Below the pieces are notes generated by a model, which had not been told where the DNA came from, ran no database searches, and saw nothing but the letters and a program-made list of their open reading frames with translations. A stretch of DNA of 46,799 nt from an uncultured Sulfurospirillum sp. (lineage in GTDB: Bacteria; Campylobacterota; Campylobacteria; Campylobacterales; QNZT01). Position numbers and translations under genes: made by a program. The DNA lies in NCBI GenBank assembly GCA_964384355.1, contig CAYLLC010000004.1:3724-50522 (forward strand), in the 5' to 3' direction. Positions 24,195-34,563 of the stretch are shown here, piece by piece (position 1 is the first letter of the stretch; each line of letters opens with the position of its first letter).

Positions 24195-25522
24195 TGCGCT
24201 ACATGATCGCCAGCTTCACCCACAAAAACACCAATATCGAAGTGCGCGAAAAGCTCTCCCTCTCCGACGAAGCGCTGCGGAAAAGTTTCTACGACCGGCT
24301 CCTCGCTATCGACGAAGTCAACGAGGCGCTGGTCCTCTCCACATGCAACCGCGTCGAAATCATGGTCAGCGTCAGAGCGGTCGACGGCGTAGCGGAGCGG
24401 ATCCTCGATGCCCTTTCGCTGGTGACCGGCGTGGCGCCCGAAGCGCTCGATGGCAAAGGCGAGATCTATGTCGATGCCCATGCGATTCACCATATCTTCA
24501 GCGTCGTCTCTTCGCTCGATTCGCTGGTGCTGGGTGAGACGCAGATCGTCGGTCAGGTCAAGGACGCCTTCAGCTTCTCCTACGAAAACGGCTACAGCGG
24601 ACAGAAGATCGCACGCGTCATGCACAACGCCTTCCGCTGCTCCGCGACGGTGCGCAACGCCACCGACATCTCCAAAAACCCGATATCCGTCGCCAGTGTC
24701 GCCGTCGCGAAAGCCAAAGAGATCTTCGGAGGCAATCTGGGCGGCTATACGGCGGTGGTCGTCGGGGCAGGGGAGATGGGAGAGCTGGCATGCAAGCATC
24801 TCGCCAATGCGGGAGCCAATCTGCTGATCGTCAACCGCGATATGGAGAAGGCACTGGCGCTTGCGAAGCGGATCGATCAGGTGACGGTGACGGTGGAGCC
24901 CTTTTCGGAGCTGCCCAGACTGGTCAACCACTATCGGCTGCTCTTCTCCGCGACGGGTGCGTCGCATCCGATCATCACGCGTGATATGGTCGAAGAGACC
25001 ACTTTCGAGCGGCACTGGTTCGATATCGCGATACCGCGGGATATCGAAGAGAGCGACTTCGCGGATATCACGATCTATGCCGTCGACGATCTGCGTACGA
25101 TCATGCAGCAGAATCTGAAGCAGCGTGAAGCCAACGCACGCAAAGCCTACGAGATCGTCGGGCAGTTCACCGACGATTTTTTCAAGTGGCTCCAGACCCT
25201 TTCGGTCGATCCGATGATCCGCGAGATCCGGGAGATGGCCAGAGCATGCAGCCGCAAAGAGCTGAGCCGTGCGATCAAAAAGGGGTATATCCCCGCAGAG
25301 TACGAGAAGCAGATCGAGAAGATCGTCCATCAGGCGTTCAATTCGTTTCTCCACCATCCGACGACGATACTCAAAAATATCGCCGAGCAGCCGCAGGCGG
25401 ATACGGTCGTACAGTCGATTCAACTCTTCTTCGGGCTCAACGCCGACCAGCGCAAGGCGCTCAATACCTACAAATGCGACTATCAGATAGAGAAAGATTT
25501 AGCCAAAAAGGAGCATAAGTGA
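24194..25522 (+). CDS. hemA: glutamyl-tRNA reductase
   Basis: [32 protein letters not shown]. Confidence 0.95.
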   Translation: MRYMIASFTHKNTNIEVREKLSLSDEALRKSFYDRLLAIDEVNEALVLSTCNRVEIMVSVRAVDGVAERILDALSLVTGVAPEALDGKGEIYVDAHAIHHIFSVVSSLDSLVLGETQIVGQVKDAFSFSYENGYSGQKIARVMHNAFRCSATVRNATDISKNPISVASVAVAKAKEIFGGNLGGYTAVVVGAGEMGELACKHLANAGANLLIVNRDMEKALALAKRIDQVTVTVEPFSELPRLVNHYRLLFSATGASHPIITRDMVEETTFERHWFDIAIPRDIEESDFADITIYAVDDLRTIMQQNLKQREANARKAYEIVGQFTDDFFKWLQTLSVDPMIREIREMARACSRKELSRAIKKGYIPAEYEKQIEKIVHQAFNSFLHHPTTILKNIAEQPQADTVVQSIQLFFGLNADQRKALNTYKCDYQIEKDLAKKEHK

Positions 25523-27210
25523 GACTCAGCAGACTCTTCGCACCCACGACCAAAGAGGCACCCAAAGATGCGGTGCTTCCCAGCCATATCTACCTCGTCA
25601 GAGGCGGTTTCATCGCACAGATCGGCAGCGGTATCTACAACTACCTGCCGCTGGGCAAGATGGTCCTCGACCGTATCAGAAGTATCGTCAAAGAGGAGCT
25701 CGACAGTGCGGGGTGCCAGGAGGTGCTGCTCGGTTTCGTGACCCCTTCGGAGCTCTGGAGAGAGAGCGGCCGGTACGAGAAGTTCGGCAAAGAGCTGCTG
25801 CGCTTCAGGGATCGCAAAAACAACGAATTCGTCCTCGGCCCCACGCATGAAGAGGCGATGGTCGATCTGGTACGCAACCGTGTGCGAAGCTACAAGCAGC
25901 TCCCGCTCAATCTCTATCAGATCCATACCAAATTCCGCGACGAGGCGAGACCGCGTTACGGCCTGCTGCGCGGGCGCGAATTTATCATGAAGGATGGATA
26001 CAGCTTTCATGAGAGCGTGGAGGATATGCAGCGCGAGTATGCTCTGATGGAGCGCACCTATTCGAAGATTCTCGACCGTCTCGGACTCACTTACCGCGTG
26101 GTCGAGGCGGACAGCGGCGCGATCGGCGGCAGCGGCTCGAGGGAGTTTATGGTGCTGGCGGAGAACGGCGAAGACGATATCGTCGTCTGCCAAGGGTGCG
26201 ACTACGCCGCCAATATCGAAGCGGCCCGACGCAAACCGCGCGAGATCGATGCGTCGGAGGTGGAGATGACGCCGGGCGAATTTCATACACCCGATGTCCG
26301 GACGATCGACGAACTGCGCGACTTTTTCAGAATCGGACCCGATTTCATGGTCAAAGCGGTCGCCAAAAGAGCGATCTATCCCGATCATGACGAGATCGTG
26401 CTCTTTTTCCTCTGCGGCTCCGATACGCTGCAGGAGACCAAGGCGCTCGGGGCATGCGGGGCGCTGGAGCTGGTCGACGCGACGGAGGAGGAGCTGCGAG
26501 AGGCGGGGCTCGTGCCCGGCTATATCGGCCCCGATGCCGAAGGAGTGGCCAAATATGTCGATGCCGAGCTGCGTGACCGGGAACCGCTCATCTGCGGTGC
26601 CGATCGGGAGGGGTACCACTTCGTCGGCTATTCGATGAAGGGGAAAGATTTCGACTACCGGGATCTGGTCACCGTCGAAGCGGGCGATGCATGCGCGAGG
26701 TGCGGCGGCGTGCTCGAAGTGACCAAGGGGATCGAAGTGGGGCATATCTTTCAGCTGGGTACACGCTACTCGGAGGCGCTGGGCGCGACTTTTCTGGATC
26801 GAAACGGCAAAGCGCAGCCTTTCGTGATGGGGACCTACGGGATCGGTGTGAGCCGGCTGGTGGCGGTCGTGATCGAGCAGCACCATGACGACAAAGGGTG
26901 CCTCTGGACCGACGAGACGACGCCGTTTGAGATCATGATCATCGTCTCCAATGTCAAAGACGACGCCCAGCGCGAATATGCCGAGCAGCTCTATGCCAGG
27001 CTGCAGGCCGCGGGCAAAAGGGTGCTGCTGGATGACCGCAACGAGCGCTTCGGATTCAAGATGAGCGATTTCGAGCTCTTCGGATTCCCCAAAGCGGTGA
27101 TCGTGGGCAAAGGGCTCAGGGAGGGGAGCGTGGAGATCGTCGATCGCGGAACGCTCTCCAAATCCTCCGTGCCTGCCGATGCAGCCTACGACAGTGTGAT
27201 GGAGTCGTAG
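25519..27210 (+). CDS. proS: prolyl-tRNA synthetase
   Basis: [39 protein letters not shown]. Confidence 0.96.
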   Translation: MRLSRLFAPTTKEAPKDAVLPSHIYLVRGGFIAQIGSGIYNYLPLGKMVLDRIRSIVKEELDSAGCQEVLLGFVTPSELWRESGRYEKFGKELLRFRDRKNNEFVLGPTHEEAMVDLVRNRVRSYKQLPLNLYQIHTKFRDEARPRYGLLRGREFIMKDGYSFHESVEDMQREYALMERTYSKILDRLGLTYRVVEADSGAIGGSGSREFMVLAENGEDDIVVCQGCDYAANIEAARRKPREIDASEVEMTPGEFHTPDVRTIDELRDFFRIGPDFMVKAVAKRAIYPDHDEIVLFFLCGSDTLQETKALGACGALELVDATEEELREAGLVPGYIGPDAEGVAKYVDAELRDREPLICGADREGYHFVGYSMKGKDFDYRDLVTVEAGDACARCGGVLEVTKGIEVGHIFQLGTRYSEALGATFLDRNGKAQPFVMGTYGIGVSRLVAVVIEQHHDDKGCLWTDETTPFEIMIIVSNVKDDAQREYAEQLYARLQAAGKRVLLDDRNERFGFKMSDFELFGFPKAVIVGKGLREGSVEIVDRGTLSKSSVPADAAYDSVMES

Positions 27211-27623
27211 TGTTCTATTTTCTGCTCTATTTTTTTCTGGAAGTGGTCGTCACGGTCGATCTGGCCAGCCGAATCGGCGGTCTGGCGACCTTTTTCGAGA
27301 TCATTCTCACCGCTTTTATCGGTGTCTTTTTATTAACCAACTTTCGATATACTCTCGCACAAAGCATGACAGCGCTGATGTCAGGCTCTATTACCGTAGA
27401 AGAGTTTCAGAAGATGAACATGATGTCGCTGCTGGGGGCGGTGCTGCTGATTATCCCCGGCTTCTTCAGCGATATCGTCGGTGTTCTGCTGCAGTTTGGT
27501 TTTTTTGGTACATTTGTTGCTAAAAAGATCCTGCATTTAAAAGAGAAAAAAAGAGCTAAAAAAGGAGAACATGAAGATGCGATTGATGTCGAAATTGTTG
27601 ATTGCGACGTTATTGACAAGTAG
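27210..27623 (+). CDS. fxsA: FxsA family membrane protein
   Basis: hydrophobic N-terminus, LLIIPGFFSD motif, C-terminal IDVEIVD. Confidence 0.8.
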   Translation: MFYFLLYFFLEVVVTVDLASRIGGLATFFEIILTAFIGVFLLTNFRYTLAQSMTALMSGSITVEEFQKMNMMSLLGAVLLIIPGFFSDIVGVLLQFGFFGTFVAKKILHLKEKKRAKKGEHEDAIDVEIVDCDVIDK

Positions 27624-28497
27624 TGTCGTCACATTCGGGTGCAGTAAAGAGACACCCAAAAAAGAGGATAAAAACGCGGCTCATACCGTCAAGCATGATA
27701 CGAAGCTCACACCCGAGCAGAAGAATCAGAAGCGTATCCTCGAATATGTCAAAAGAGCGATCTCGGTCAACCGGGACTACAAACTCAAAGGGATCCGTAT
27801 CCGACAGGCCAAAGATGTCAAGGACCTTCCGGGCTGGAAAGTCTATTTTCTCGATATCGATCTCTCGATCATCAAGCAGAAGGGCAAAGAGATCACGGTG
27901 CATGACAAGATCTTCAGCAACGGCAAATATATCGTGCGGGACTTCATCAACATCGTCAACCGCTCCTCGCTCAAGGATAAGCTGGTTCCCGATATGGATG
28001 CGAGCTACTATCGCAAAGACCACCTGATCTACGGCAAGGAGAGCGCTCCGAACAAGATCGTCGTATTCAGCGATCCGATCTGTCCGTTTTGCCAATCCTA
28101 CATGCCCAAGCTCCTCAAAGCGGCCAAAGCGCATCCGGACAAGATCGCGCTCTACTACTATCACTTCCCGCTGATCATGCTGCACAAAGAGGCGCCGACG
28201 GTGATCAAAGCGGCGATGGCAGCCGAGAAGCAGGGTGTCAAGGATGTGATGCAGAAGGTCTATGCGCAGAAGTTCAACCTCGATACGGCGGATGAGAAGA
28301 AGATCCTCGCCGCGTTCAACAAAGCGATGGGTACGCACATCACTGCCAAAGATATCCATGCCAAAGATATCGAAGCGCGCTACAACGAGGACAAGAAATT
28401 CGCCGACAAGATGATGATCAGCGGTACGCCGACGGTCTACTTCAACGGCAAAAAAGATTTCACACGCAAAAAGTATCTTGAAGCGATCAAGAAGTAA
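27571..28497 (+). CDS. thiol:disulfide oxidoreductase (DsbA/DsbC-G-like), probable lipoprotein
   Basis: SD AAAGGAG; signal peptide ending FG-C; FSDPICPFC active site; GTPT cis-Pro loop. Confidence 0.8.
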   Translation: MKMRLMSKLLIATLLTSSVVTFGCSKETPKKEDKNAAHTVKHDTKLTPEQKNQKRILEYVKRAISVNRDYKLKGIRIRQAKDVKDLPGWKVYFLDIDLSIIKQKGKEITVHDKIFSNGKYIVRDFINIVNRSSLKDKLVPDMDASYYRKDHLIYGKESAPNKIVVFSDPICPFCQSYMPKLLKAAKAHPDKIALYYYHFPLIMLHKEAPTVIKAAMAAEKQGVKDVMQKVYAQKFNLDTADEKKILAAFNKAMGTHITAKDIHAKDIEARYNEDKKFADKMMISGTPTVYFNGKKDFTRKKYLEAIKK

Positions 28498-28503
28498 TCG
28501 AGC

Positions 28504-28531
28504 CGGTGCCGGCATAGCCGTGCCGACACCG
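28504..28531. other. intergenic hairpin between the dsb gene and hemC
   Basis: CGGTGCCGGCA/TGCCGACACCG, 1 mismatch, no U-tract. Confidence 0.4.
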
Positions 28532-28548
28532 TAGAGAAGAGAGGAAGC

Positions 28549-29493
28549 ATGCAGAAACTGATCATCGCCACCAGAGGCAGCAAACTGGCACTCTGGCAAT
28601 CCGAACATATCAAAGAGGTTCTCGAGAGCCGCCACGAAGGGCTGGAGGTCGAACTCAAAGTGATGAAGACCAAAGGGGATATCATCCTCGATACGCCTCT
28701 GGCCAAGATCGGCGGCAAAGGGCTCTTCACCAAAGAGCTCGAAGATGCGATGCTCAGAGGCGATGCCCATATCGCCGTGCACAGCCTCAAAGATGTGCCG
28801 ACGGAGTTTCCCGAAGGGCTGACGCTGGGAGCGATCACCCGGCGCGAAGATGTGCGCGATGCGCTTCTGAGTGAGAAGTATGCCGATATCGACGCGCTTC
28901 CCGAGGGTGCCGTGGTCGGTACGACCAGCCTCCGACGCCGCATGCAGATACTTGCCTACCGCCCCGATCTGCAGATCAAGAACCTGCGCGGCAATGTCAA
29001 CACCCGGCTGCGCAAACTCAAAGATGGCGAATATGACGCGATCATTCTTGCCGCAGCGGGGATCAACCGCCTCGGGTTGCAGGATGAAGTGCGCCACTTC
29101 TCGCCTATCTCGACCTCGGTCATGATTCCCGCGATGGGGCAGGCGGCACTCGGTATCGAGTCGGTCGAAGATCCCGAAGTCCTCGAACTGATCTCCGTAC
29201 TCAACGACGAAGAGGCGAATATCGAGACGACGGTCGAGCGTGATTTCGTGACGGTCCTGCAGGGGGGCTGTCAGGTGCCCATCGGCGTCAATGCGAAGCT
29301 CGGCGAGGAGCAGATCCAGGTGCGTGCGATCGTGGGACTGCCCGACGGGAGCGAATCGATCAAAGAGAAGCTGGTCGTACCGCGCAGCGACTACAAAGCG
29401 ATCGGCAGAGAGCTGGCGGATATCATGATCGAAGCGGGCGCGGTCAAGCTGCTCAAACGCGCCGAGGAGATTGCCCTCAAAGAGATCTTATAA
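28549..29493 (+). CDS. hemC: hydroxymethylbilane synthase
   Basis: [45 protein letters not shown]. Confidence 0.97.
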   Translation: MQKLIIATRGSKLALWQSEHIKEVLESRHEGLEVELKVMKTKGDIILDTPLAKIGGKGLFTKELEDAMLRGDAHIAVHSLKDVPTEFPEGLTLGAITRREDVRDALLSEKYADIDALPEGAVVGTTSLRRRMQILAYRPDLQIKNLRGNVNTRLRKLKDGEYDAIILAAAGINRLGLQDEVRHFSPISTSVMIPAMGQAALGIESVEDPEVLELISVLNDEEANIETTVERDFVTVLQGGCQVPIGVNAKLGEEQIQVRAIVGLPDGSESIKEKLVVPRSDYKAIGRELADIMIEAGAVKLLKRAEEIALKEIL

Positions 29494-29509
29494 GCGTAAA
29501 GGAAGAAGC

Positions 29510-31324
29510 ATGCAAAAGGCGATAGCGTTACTCAAAGAGCACCATCTGCTGCGTGTCATCGAGGAGCCTCTCGATATCGATCTGGAGATCCCGCATGTCG
29601 CATATATCGAGGTCAAAAAATCCGATTCCAAAGCACTCCTCTTCACCCGTCCGGTCTCCAAAAGGCTCGGTCGCGAATTCGACACCCCCGTCTTGATGAA
29701 TGTCTTCGGCTCGCACGAAGCGACGACGCTCTTTCTGGGCAAGAAGGCGGACGATATCGCCGCGGAGATCGAGACGCTGCTCAAGCTCAAGCCGCCCGCA
29801 TCGCTGATGGAGAAGCTGGGGATGCTCTCCCGGCTCTTCGCCCTCAAAAATGTCTTTCCCAAACGCCTCTCTTCGCAGGGGGCATGCCAGCAGCGTATCA
29901 TGCGCGGCGAGGATGTCGATCTCTATTCGCTGCCGATTCTGAAAACCTGGCCGCAGGACGGCGGCCCCTTTATCACGATGGGGCAGGTCTATACGCAGTC
30001 GCTCGACGGCGAGCGCAAAAATCTGGGGATGTACCGGCTGCAGCTCTACGACCGAAACCATCTGGGCATGCACTGGCAGATTCACAAAGATTCGGCCAAT
30101 TTTTTCCACGAATACAGAGCCGCGGGCAAACCGATGCCGGTCTCCATCGCGATCGGCGGCGATCCGCTCTATACATGGGCGGCGACGGCCCCGCTGCCGC
30201 ATGGGGTATTCGAGTTGCTGATGTACGGCTTCATCAAAGAGGAGAGCGCGAAACTCGTCAAATCGATCACCAACGAACTCTATGTCCCCGAAGATGCCGA
30301 TATCGTGATCGAAGGGTTCGTCGATCCTGCGCAGATGCGTATCGAGGGGCCGTTTGGCGACCACACCGGCTACTATACGCTGGAGGAGGAGTATCCGGTA
30401 CTCGAGGTCGAGGCGATCACGACCAAAAAAGAGCCCGTCTATCTCGCGACCGTCGTAGGCAAGCCGCCGCTGGAAGACAAATATATGGGATGGGCGACCG
30501 AGCGTATCTTTCTGCCGCTGCTGCGGACGACGGCTCCTGAGCTGATCGACTATGTGATGCCCGAAAACGGTGTCTTTCACAATCTGATCATCGCCAAGAT
30601 GCGTACGCTCTATCCCGGGCATGCGCGCCAATTCATGCATGCTTTCTGGGGCGTGGGGCAGATGAGTTTCGTCAAGCATGCGATCTTCGTCGACGAAGAT
30701 GCGCCCGATCTGGAGGAGTATGACGATCTGGCCGACTATATCCTCGACCGGGTACAGGTGGACAATCTGCTCATCTCCGAAGGGGTCTGCGATGCGCTCG
30801 ACCACGCCAGCGACCAGTTTGCCTACGGGGGCAAGCTGGGTGTCGACTGTACGGCCGACAATGTCCACTTCCCGCAGAAAGATCTGCTGGAGGATGCGCC
30901 GCTCCTTGCTCTGATGCAGGAGCTCGAACCCACCATTCAATCGATCCGACAGTACAAAACCTACACCAAGACGCCGATCTGCGTCATCGCGATCGAAAAA
31001 GCGCAGCCGATCCGCGAAGTCTACGAGAAGCTGACGGCTCTCAAAGCGCATACCAAGCTGCTGGTCTTCGTCGATGCCGCACGAAACGATCTGGAGAATC
31101 CCTACATGCTGCTGTGGCGGGTCGTCAACAATATCGACGCCAAACGCGATATCTTTCTGCAGAAGGAGTTCATCGGCATCGACGCGACCAACAAAGGGGA
31201 GATCGAGCAGTTTCCCCGACGCTGGCCCGACGATACCGACTGCGATCCGGAGGTGATCGCGTCGCTGCGTGAGAGAAAGATCATCGATGTCGACGATGTA
31301 TTTTTGAAAAAATACTATATCTGA
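29510..31324 (+). CDS. UbiD-family menaquinone (futalosine pathway) decarboxylase
   Basis: DGGPFIT, NLGMYR, EGPFGDHTGYY, DALDH. Confidence 0.88.
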   Translation: MQKAIALLKEHHLLRVIEEPLDIDLEIPHVAYIEVKKSDSKALLFTRPVSKRLGREFDTPVLMNVFGSHEATTLFLGKKADDIAAEIETLLKLKPPASLMEKLGMLSRLFALKNVFPKRLSSQGACQQRIMRGEDVDLYSLPILKTWPQDGGPFITMGQVYTQSLDGERKNLGMYRLQLYDRNHLGMHWQIHKDSANFFHEYRAAGKPMPVSIAIGGDPLYTWAATAPLPHGVFELLMYGFIKEESAKLVKSITNELYVPEDADIVIEGFVDPAQMRIEGPFGDHTGYYTLEEEYPVLEVEAITTKKEPVYLATVVGKPPLEDKYMGWATERIFLPLLRTTAPELIDYVMPENGVFHNLIIAKMRTLYPGHARQFMHAFWGVGQMSFVKHAIFVDEDAPDLEEYDDLADYILDRVQVDNLLISEGVCDALDHASDQFAYGGKLGVDCTADNVHFPQKDLLEDAPLLALMQELEPTIQSIRQYKTYTKTPICVIAIEKAQPIREVYEKLTALKAHTKLLVFVDAARNDLENPYMLLWRVVNNIDAKRDIFLQKEFIGIDATNKGEIEQFPRRWPDDTDCDPEVIASLRERKIIDVDDVFLKKYYI

Positions 31325-31473
31325 AAGCCGCACATGCGGTACCGTTCAGCCGCTCCCGACCTTCCCGGGAGCGAAAAATGTCCGATATTTAAAAAAAAAT
31401 TAATGAAATAAAAGTTGTTTTAAAGTTTATTTAGTATTATGTATTATCAACTATTTTACAAAAGGAGTTCAAT

Positions 31474-32181
31474 GTGAAAAAGATATTACTTATGGCAGCG
31501 ACAACATCACTGCTGTTTGCAGGTGCCGATATCGAGCCGATCGTCGATTACGACAAACAGGATGTAGAAAAAGCGGTAGAGACGGTCAAGCCCGTCAAAC
31601 CCGCACCGGCACCCGTACCGGTCGTATGTCCCGCACCGATGCCCGTCAAACCCGCACCCAAAAAGTGGTATGTCGGACTCGACGGCATGGGCGCGCAGTT
31701 CGAGACCGATTCGGGCAAGTGTAACAAGCTGGCGGTCGCCGTGGCGAAGCTGGGCTATGACTTCAACAAATACTTCGGTATAGAAGGGCGTGCAGGCTAT
31801 GGCCTCAACGACGCGGATCACGATGCCGGCGGTACGACGAAAGTCAAAGAGAACTACGGCATCTACCTCAAACCGATGCTGCCGCTGGGTGAAAAAGCGC
31901 ATCTCTTCGGTCTGCTCGGATATGCCAAAGCGAAAGTCGAGAGCAAATGGAAAGCGGGCAGCAATAACGGTGCACTCAAAGGTACGGTGGACGAATCGAG
32001 CCCGTCATTCGGTCTGGGTCTCAACTATGCGATCAACGACAGATGGAGCATCGTCGGCGAAGGCGTGCGACTGCTGCACAAAGTCGACGGCACATTCGAT
32101 GTCAAAGGCAGCAGCACGACGAGAAAAGAGAGCGATATCAACCTCGATACTTTCGGCCTCGGCGTAAACTACAAATTCTGA
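31474..32181 (+). CDS. outer-membrane beta-barrel protein with Pro-rich N-terminal linker
   Basis: signal MKKILLMAATTSLLFA, KPVKPAPAPVPVVCPAPMPVKPAP, amphipathic strands, C-terminal GVNYKF. Confidence 0.85.
   Translation: MKKILLMAATTSLLFAGADIEPIVDYDKQDVEKAVETVKPVKPAPAPVPVVCPAPMPVKPAPKKWYVGLDGMGAQFETDSGKCNKLAVAVAKLGYDFNKYFGIEGRAGYGLNDADHDAGGTTKVKENYGIYLKPMLPLGEKAHLFGLLGYAKAKVESKWKAGSNNGALKGTVDESSPSFGLGLNYAINDRWSIVGEGVRLLHKVDGTFDVKGSSTTRKESDINLDTFGLGVNYKF
31590..31658 (+). repeat. 18-bp direct repeat GCCCGTCAAACCCGCACC (31590-31607, 31641-31658) encoding PVKPAP twice
   Basis: exact copies 51 nt apart, in frame. Confidence 0.85.
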
Positions 32182-32188
32182 CAACCTT

Positions 32189-32208
32189 GCCGGGGCTTCG
32201 GCTCCGGC
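32189..32208 (+). other. GC-rich cUUCGg-tetraloop hairpin between the OMP and L,D-transpeptidase genes
   Basis: GCCGGGGC-TTCG-GCTCCGGC, no U-tract. Confidence 0.6.
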
Positions 32209-32230
32209 GTGACACTTCCCCGACACTATC

Positions 32231-33835
32231 ATGATAAAAACTATTCTCATCTATATACTGTTTCTCTCTGGAGTATACGCTTTTGCCGATGCCGGGCAGC
32301 ATGGCGTATGTTGCAAAGAGGAGCTGCTGCAGACCCTCTCCGAAAACAGGCAGATACGGCACTTCGAAGCGCTGGGCGATCTCTATCACCGCGAAGGGTA
32401 TCGACTGCTCTGGAAGGTGCAGGATATCGAGGATCTGATCCGGGCTGCAAAGGATCGGGAACTCAACTACCGTGCATACGCCTATCACACCGAGACGATC
32501 GAGAGATTGCTGGCGAAAAAAGCGGTGGCGGGGCTCGATCATGCGGAGGCGGCGAGGCTCGACCTGCTTGCCGCCGATCAGTTTCTCTCCCTCGCAAAAC
32601 TCTTTTACGAGGGAGAGATCGACTGGCATACGTTCCGTCAGGAGCTGGAGGCAGACCCTGAGAAGCATCTGGTATGGGAGCCAAACCCCCGCAGGCACGA
32701 CTATGGCTCCGAGATGCTGCAGGCGCTGCAGCGCCATCGGGTATACAAACAGCTGAAAAGCTATCTGCCGGATGAAGAGGCTTACCGTGCACTGGTCGGC
32801 GCCTACCGCCGCTACACGAAGCTGCGCTTCCCCAAAATCGACTATACCAAAGATCTGAAGCAGGGAGATTACGGTTACGAAGTGACGCAGCTCAAACACT
32901 ATCTGCAGACGACGGGCGATCTGCCGCAGAGCGATCCGAAATATCTGGACTTTCCGACATTCGATGCACGGCTGGATGCCGCCGTGCGTCGGTTTCAGAA
33001 GCGCCACTATCTGAAGCCAAACGGCATCTTCGACCGCGTCAATGTGCTCTATGCCCGCCGCAGTGCGGCAGAGAAGGCGCGTCAGATCTATCTCAATATC
33101 GAGCGCTACAAGCTCTTCCCCCGTGTAGAGGAGGGGACGCACCTGATCATCAACATCCCCGGATTTCTGCTCGACTTTTTTCGCGGCAACCGGCTCGAGC
33201 GCGAGATCGGCGTCGTGATCGGCAGAGAGGATCGCCCCACGCCGATCTTTCGCGACTATCTGGAGTATATCGTCCTCAATCCGACATGGAGCATTCCGCA
33301 GAATCTGATGAAAAAGGATTATATCCCCCATCTGGTCGAAGATCCCGAATCGCTGCTGGCCGACGACATCCATATCTATCAGGGCGGCAGAGAGATCGAC
33401 CCGACGAAAGTGGAGTGGAGCCGATACCTCGACTACGAGGGAAAAATCCCCTATCAGATGGTGCAGAAAGCGGGAGAGAAGAATGTGCTGGGCGCGATGA
33501 AGTTCATCTTCCCCAACAAATACAATGTCTATCTGCATGACACCAACGCCAAACACCTCACCAGCCTGCGCTACCGTCTCTACAGCTCCGGCTGTATCCG
33601 CCTCTCGGAGCCCTATGTGCTGCTGAGCCTGCTCTCGCCCTATACCGGATACAGCTATGCGCAGCTGACCGACATCATTGCCTCGGGCAGGACGAAGCAT
33701 ATCCGGCTCACCAGACGCATACCGATCCATATCCGCTACCTGACCGCCTTCGTCGATCAGGCGGGAAGGGTCAATTTCCGAAAAGATTTCTACGGCTACG
33801 ACGCGATGCAGCAGCCGCTGCTGGAGGGGAAGTAG
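32231..33835 (+). CDS. L,D-transpeptidase (YcbB/LdtD-like) with PG-binding domain
   Basis: signal peptide; AVRRFQKRHYL..G PG-binding motif; NPTWSIP, YLHDT..SSGCIRL catalytic motif. Confidence 0.9.
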   Translation: MIKTILIYILFLSGVYAFADAGQHGVCCKEELLQTLSENRQIRHFEALGDLYHREGYRLLWKVQDIEDLIRAAKDRELNYRAYAYHTETIERLLAKKAVAGLDHAEAARLDLLAADQFLSLAKLFYEGEIDWHTFRQELEADPEKHLVWEPNPRRHDYGSEMLQALQRHRVYKQLKSYLPDEEAYRALVGAYRRYTKLRFPKIDYTKDLKQGDYGYEVTQLKHYLQTTGDLPQSDPKYLDFPTFDARLDAAVRRFQKRHYLKPNGIFDRVNVLYARRSAAEKARQIYLNIERYKLFPRVEEGTHLIINIPGFLLDFFRGNRLEREIGVVIGREDRPTPIFRDYLEYIVLNPTWSIPQNLMKKDYIPHLVEDPESLLADDIHIYQGGREIDPTKVEWSRYLDYEGKIPYQMVQKAGEKNVLGAMKFIFPNKYNVYLHDTNAKHLTSLRYRLYSSGCIRLSEPYVLLSLLSPYTGYSYAQLTDIIASGRTKHIRLTRRIPIHIRYLTAFVDQAGRVNFRKDFYGYDAMQQPLLEGK

Positions 33836-33839
33836 TTTC

Positions 33840-34556
33840 TCAATCTTTCATCGAGGAGATGAATTCGCGGTAGATCTTTTCGAGTTCGTCTTCGCGTTTG
33901 GGGATGATCTCTTCGTGGTGGTTGGCCAGTGCCTCTTCGATCAGGGAGATGCGTTTGGAGAGGTAGAGGAAGAGCTCTTTGTTGATATCGGGGATTTTGT
34001 TGTGGCTCAGCTGCGATTTGTCCTTGCCTTTGCTGATGACGCGGGCGGGGATGCCCACGGCCGTGGAGTCGTCGGGGACATCTTTGATGACGACGGAGTT
34101 GGCGCCGACTTTGGCGTTTTTGCCGATTGTGATGTTGCCGAGCACTTTGGCGCCGGCGCTGATGACCGCGCCCGATCTGATGGTCGGATGGCGCTTGACC
34201 TCCTTTTCCAGACTCACGCCGCCCAGCGTCACACCCTGATAGATCAGCACATCGTCTCCGATGATCGCCGTCTCGCCGATCACGACACCCACCCCATGAT
34301 CGATAAATACCCTGCGCCCGATTTTGCAGCGCGGGTGGATGTCGATATTGGTGATGATCTGCGTGATACCCATGATGATGCGTGAGAGAAAGTGAAACCC
34401 CCGGTTGTAGAGCCTGTGGGCGATGCGGTAGTGGATGATCGCCCAGATTCCCGGATAGTTGAAGAAGAGCTCGAATCTGGAGCGGATCGCGGGATCGTTT
34501 TTCCAGGGGGTATGAAAATCCTCTTTGATAAGTTTCCAGATCGGTATATTTTCCAT
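33840..34556 (-). CDS. cysE: serine O-acetyltransferase
   Basis: DIHP..IG..FIDHG.GVVIGETA, GVTLGG, RHPT. Confidence 0.93.
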   Translation of the reverse strand: MENIPIWKLIKEDFHTPWKNDPAIRSRFELFFNYPGIWAIIHYRIAHRLYNRGFHFLSRIIMGITQIITNIDIHPRCKIGRRVFIDHGVGVVIGETAIIGDDVLIYQGVTLGGVSLEKEVKRHPTIRSGAVISAGAKVLGNITIGKNAKVGANSVVIKDVPDDSTAVGIPARVISKGKDKSQLSHNKIPDINKELFLYLSKRISLIEEALANHHEEIIPKREDELEKIYREFISSMKD

Positions 34557-34563
34557 GCTTCCT

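Noticed and set aside
31351-31378. Hairpin CGCTCCCG/CGGGAGCG after the UbiD gene
   Set aside because: It is followed by an A-tract rather than a U-tract, so it is not a clear intrinsic terminator on either strand. It is not repeated elsewhere, so it is not REP-like.
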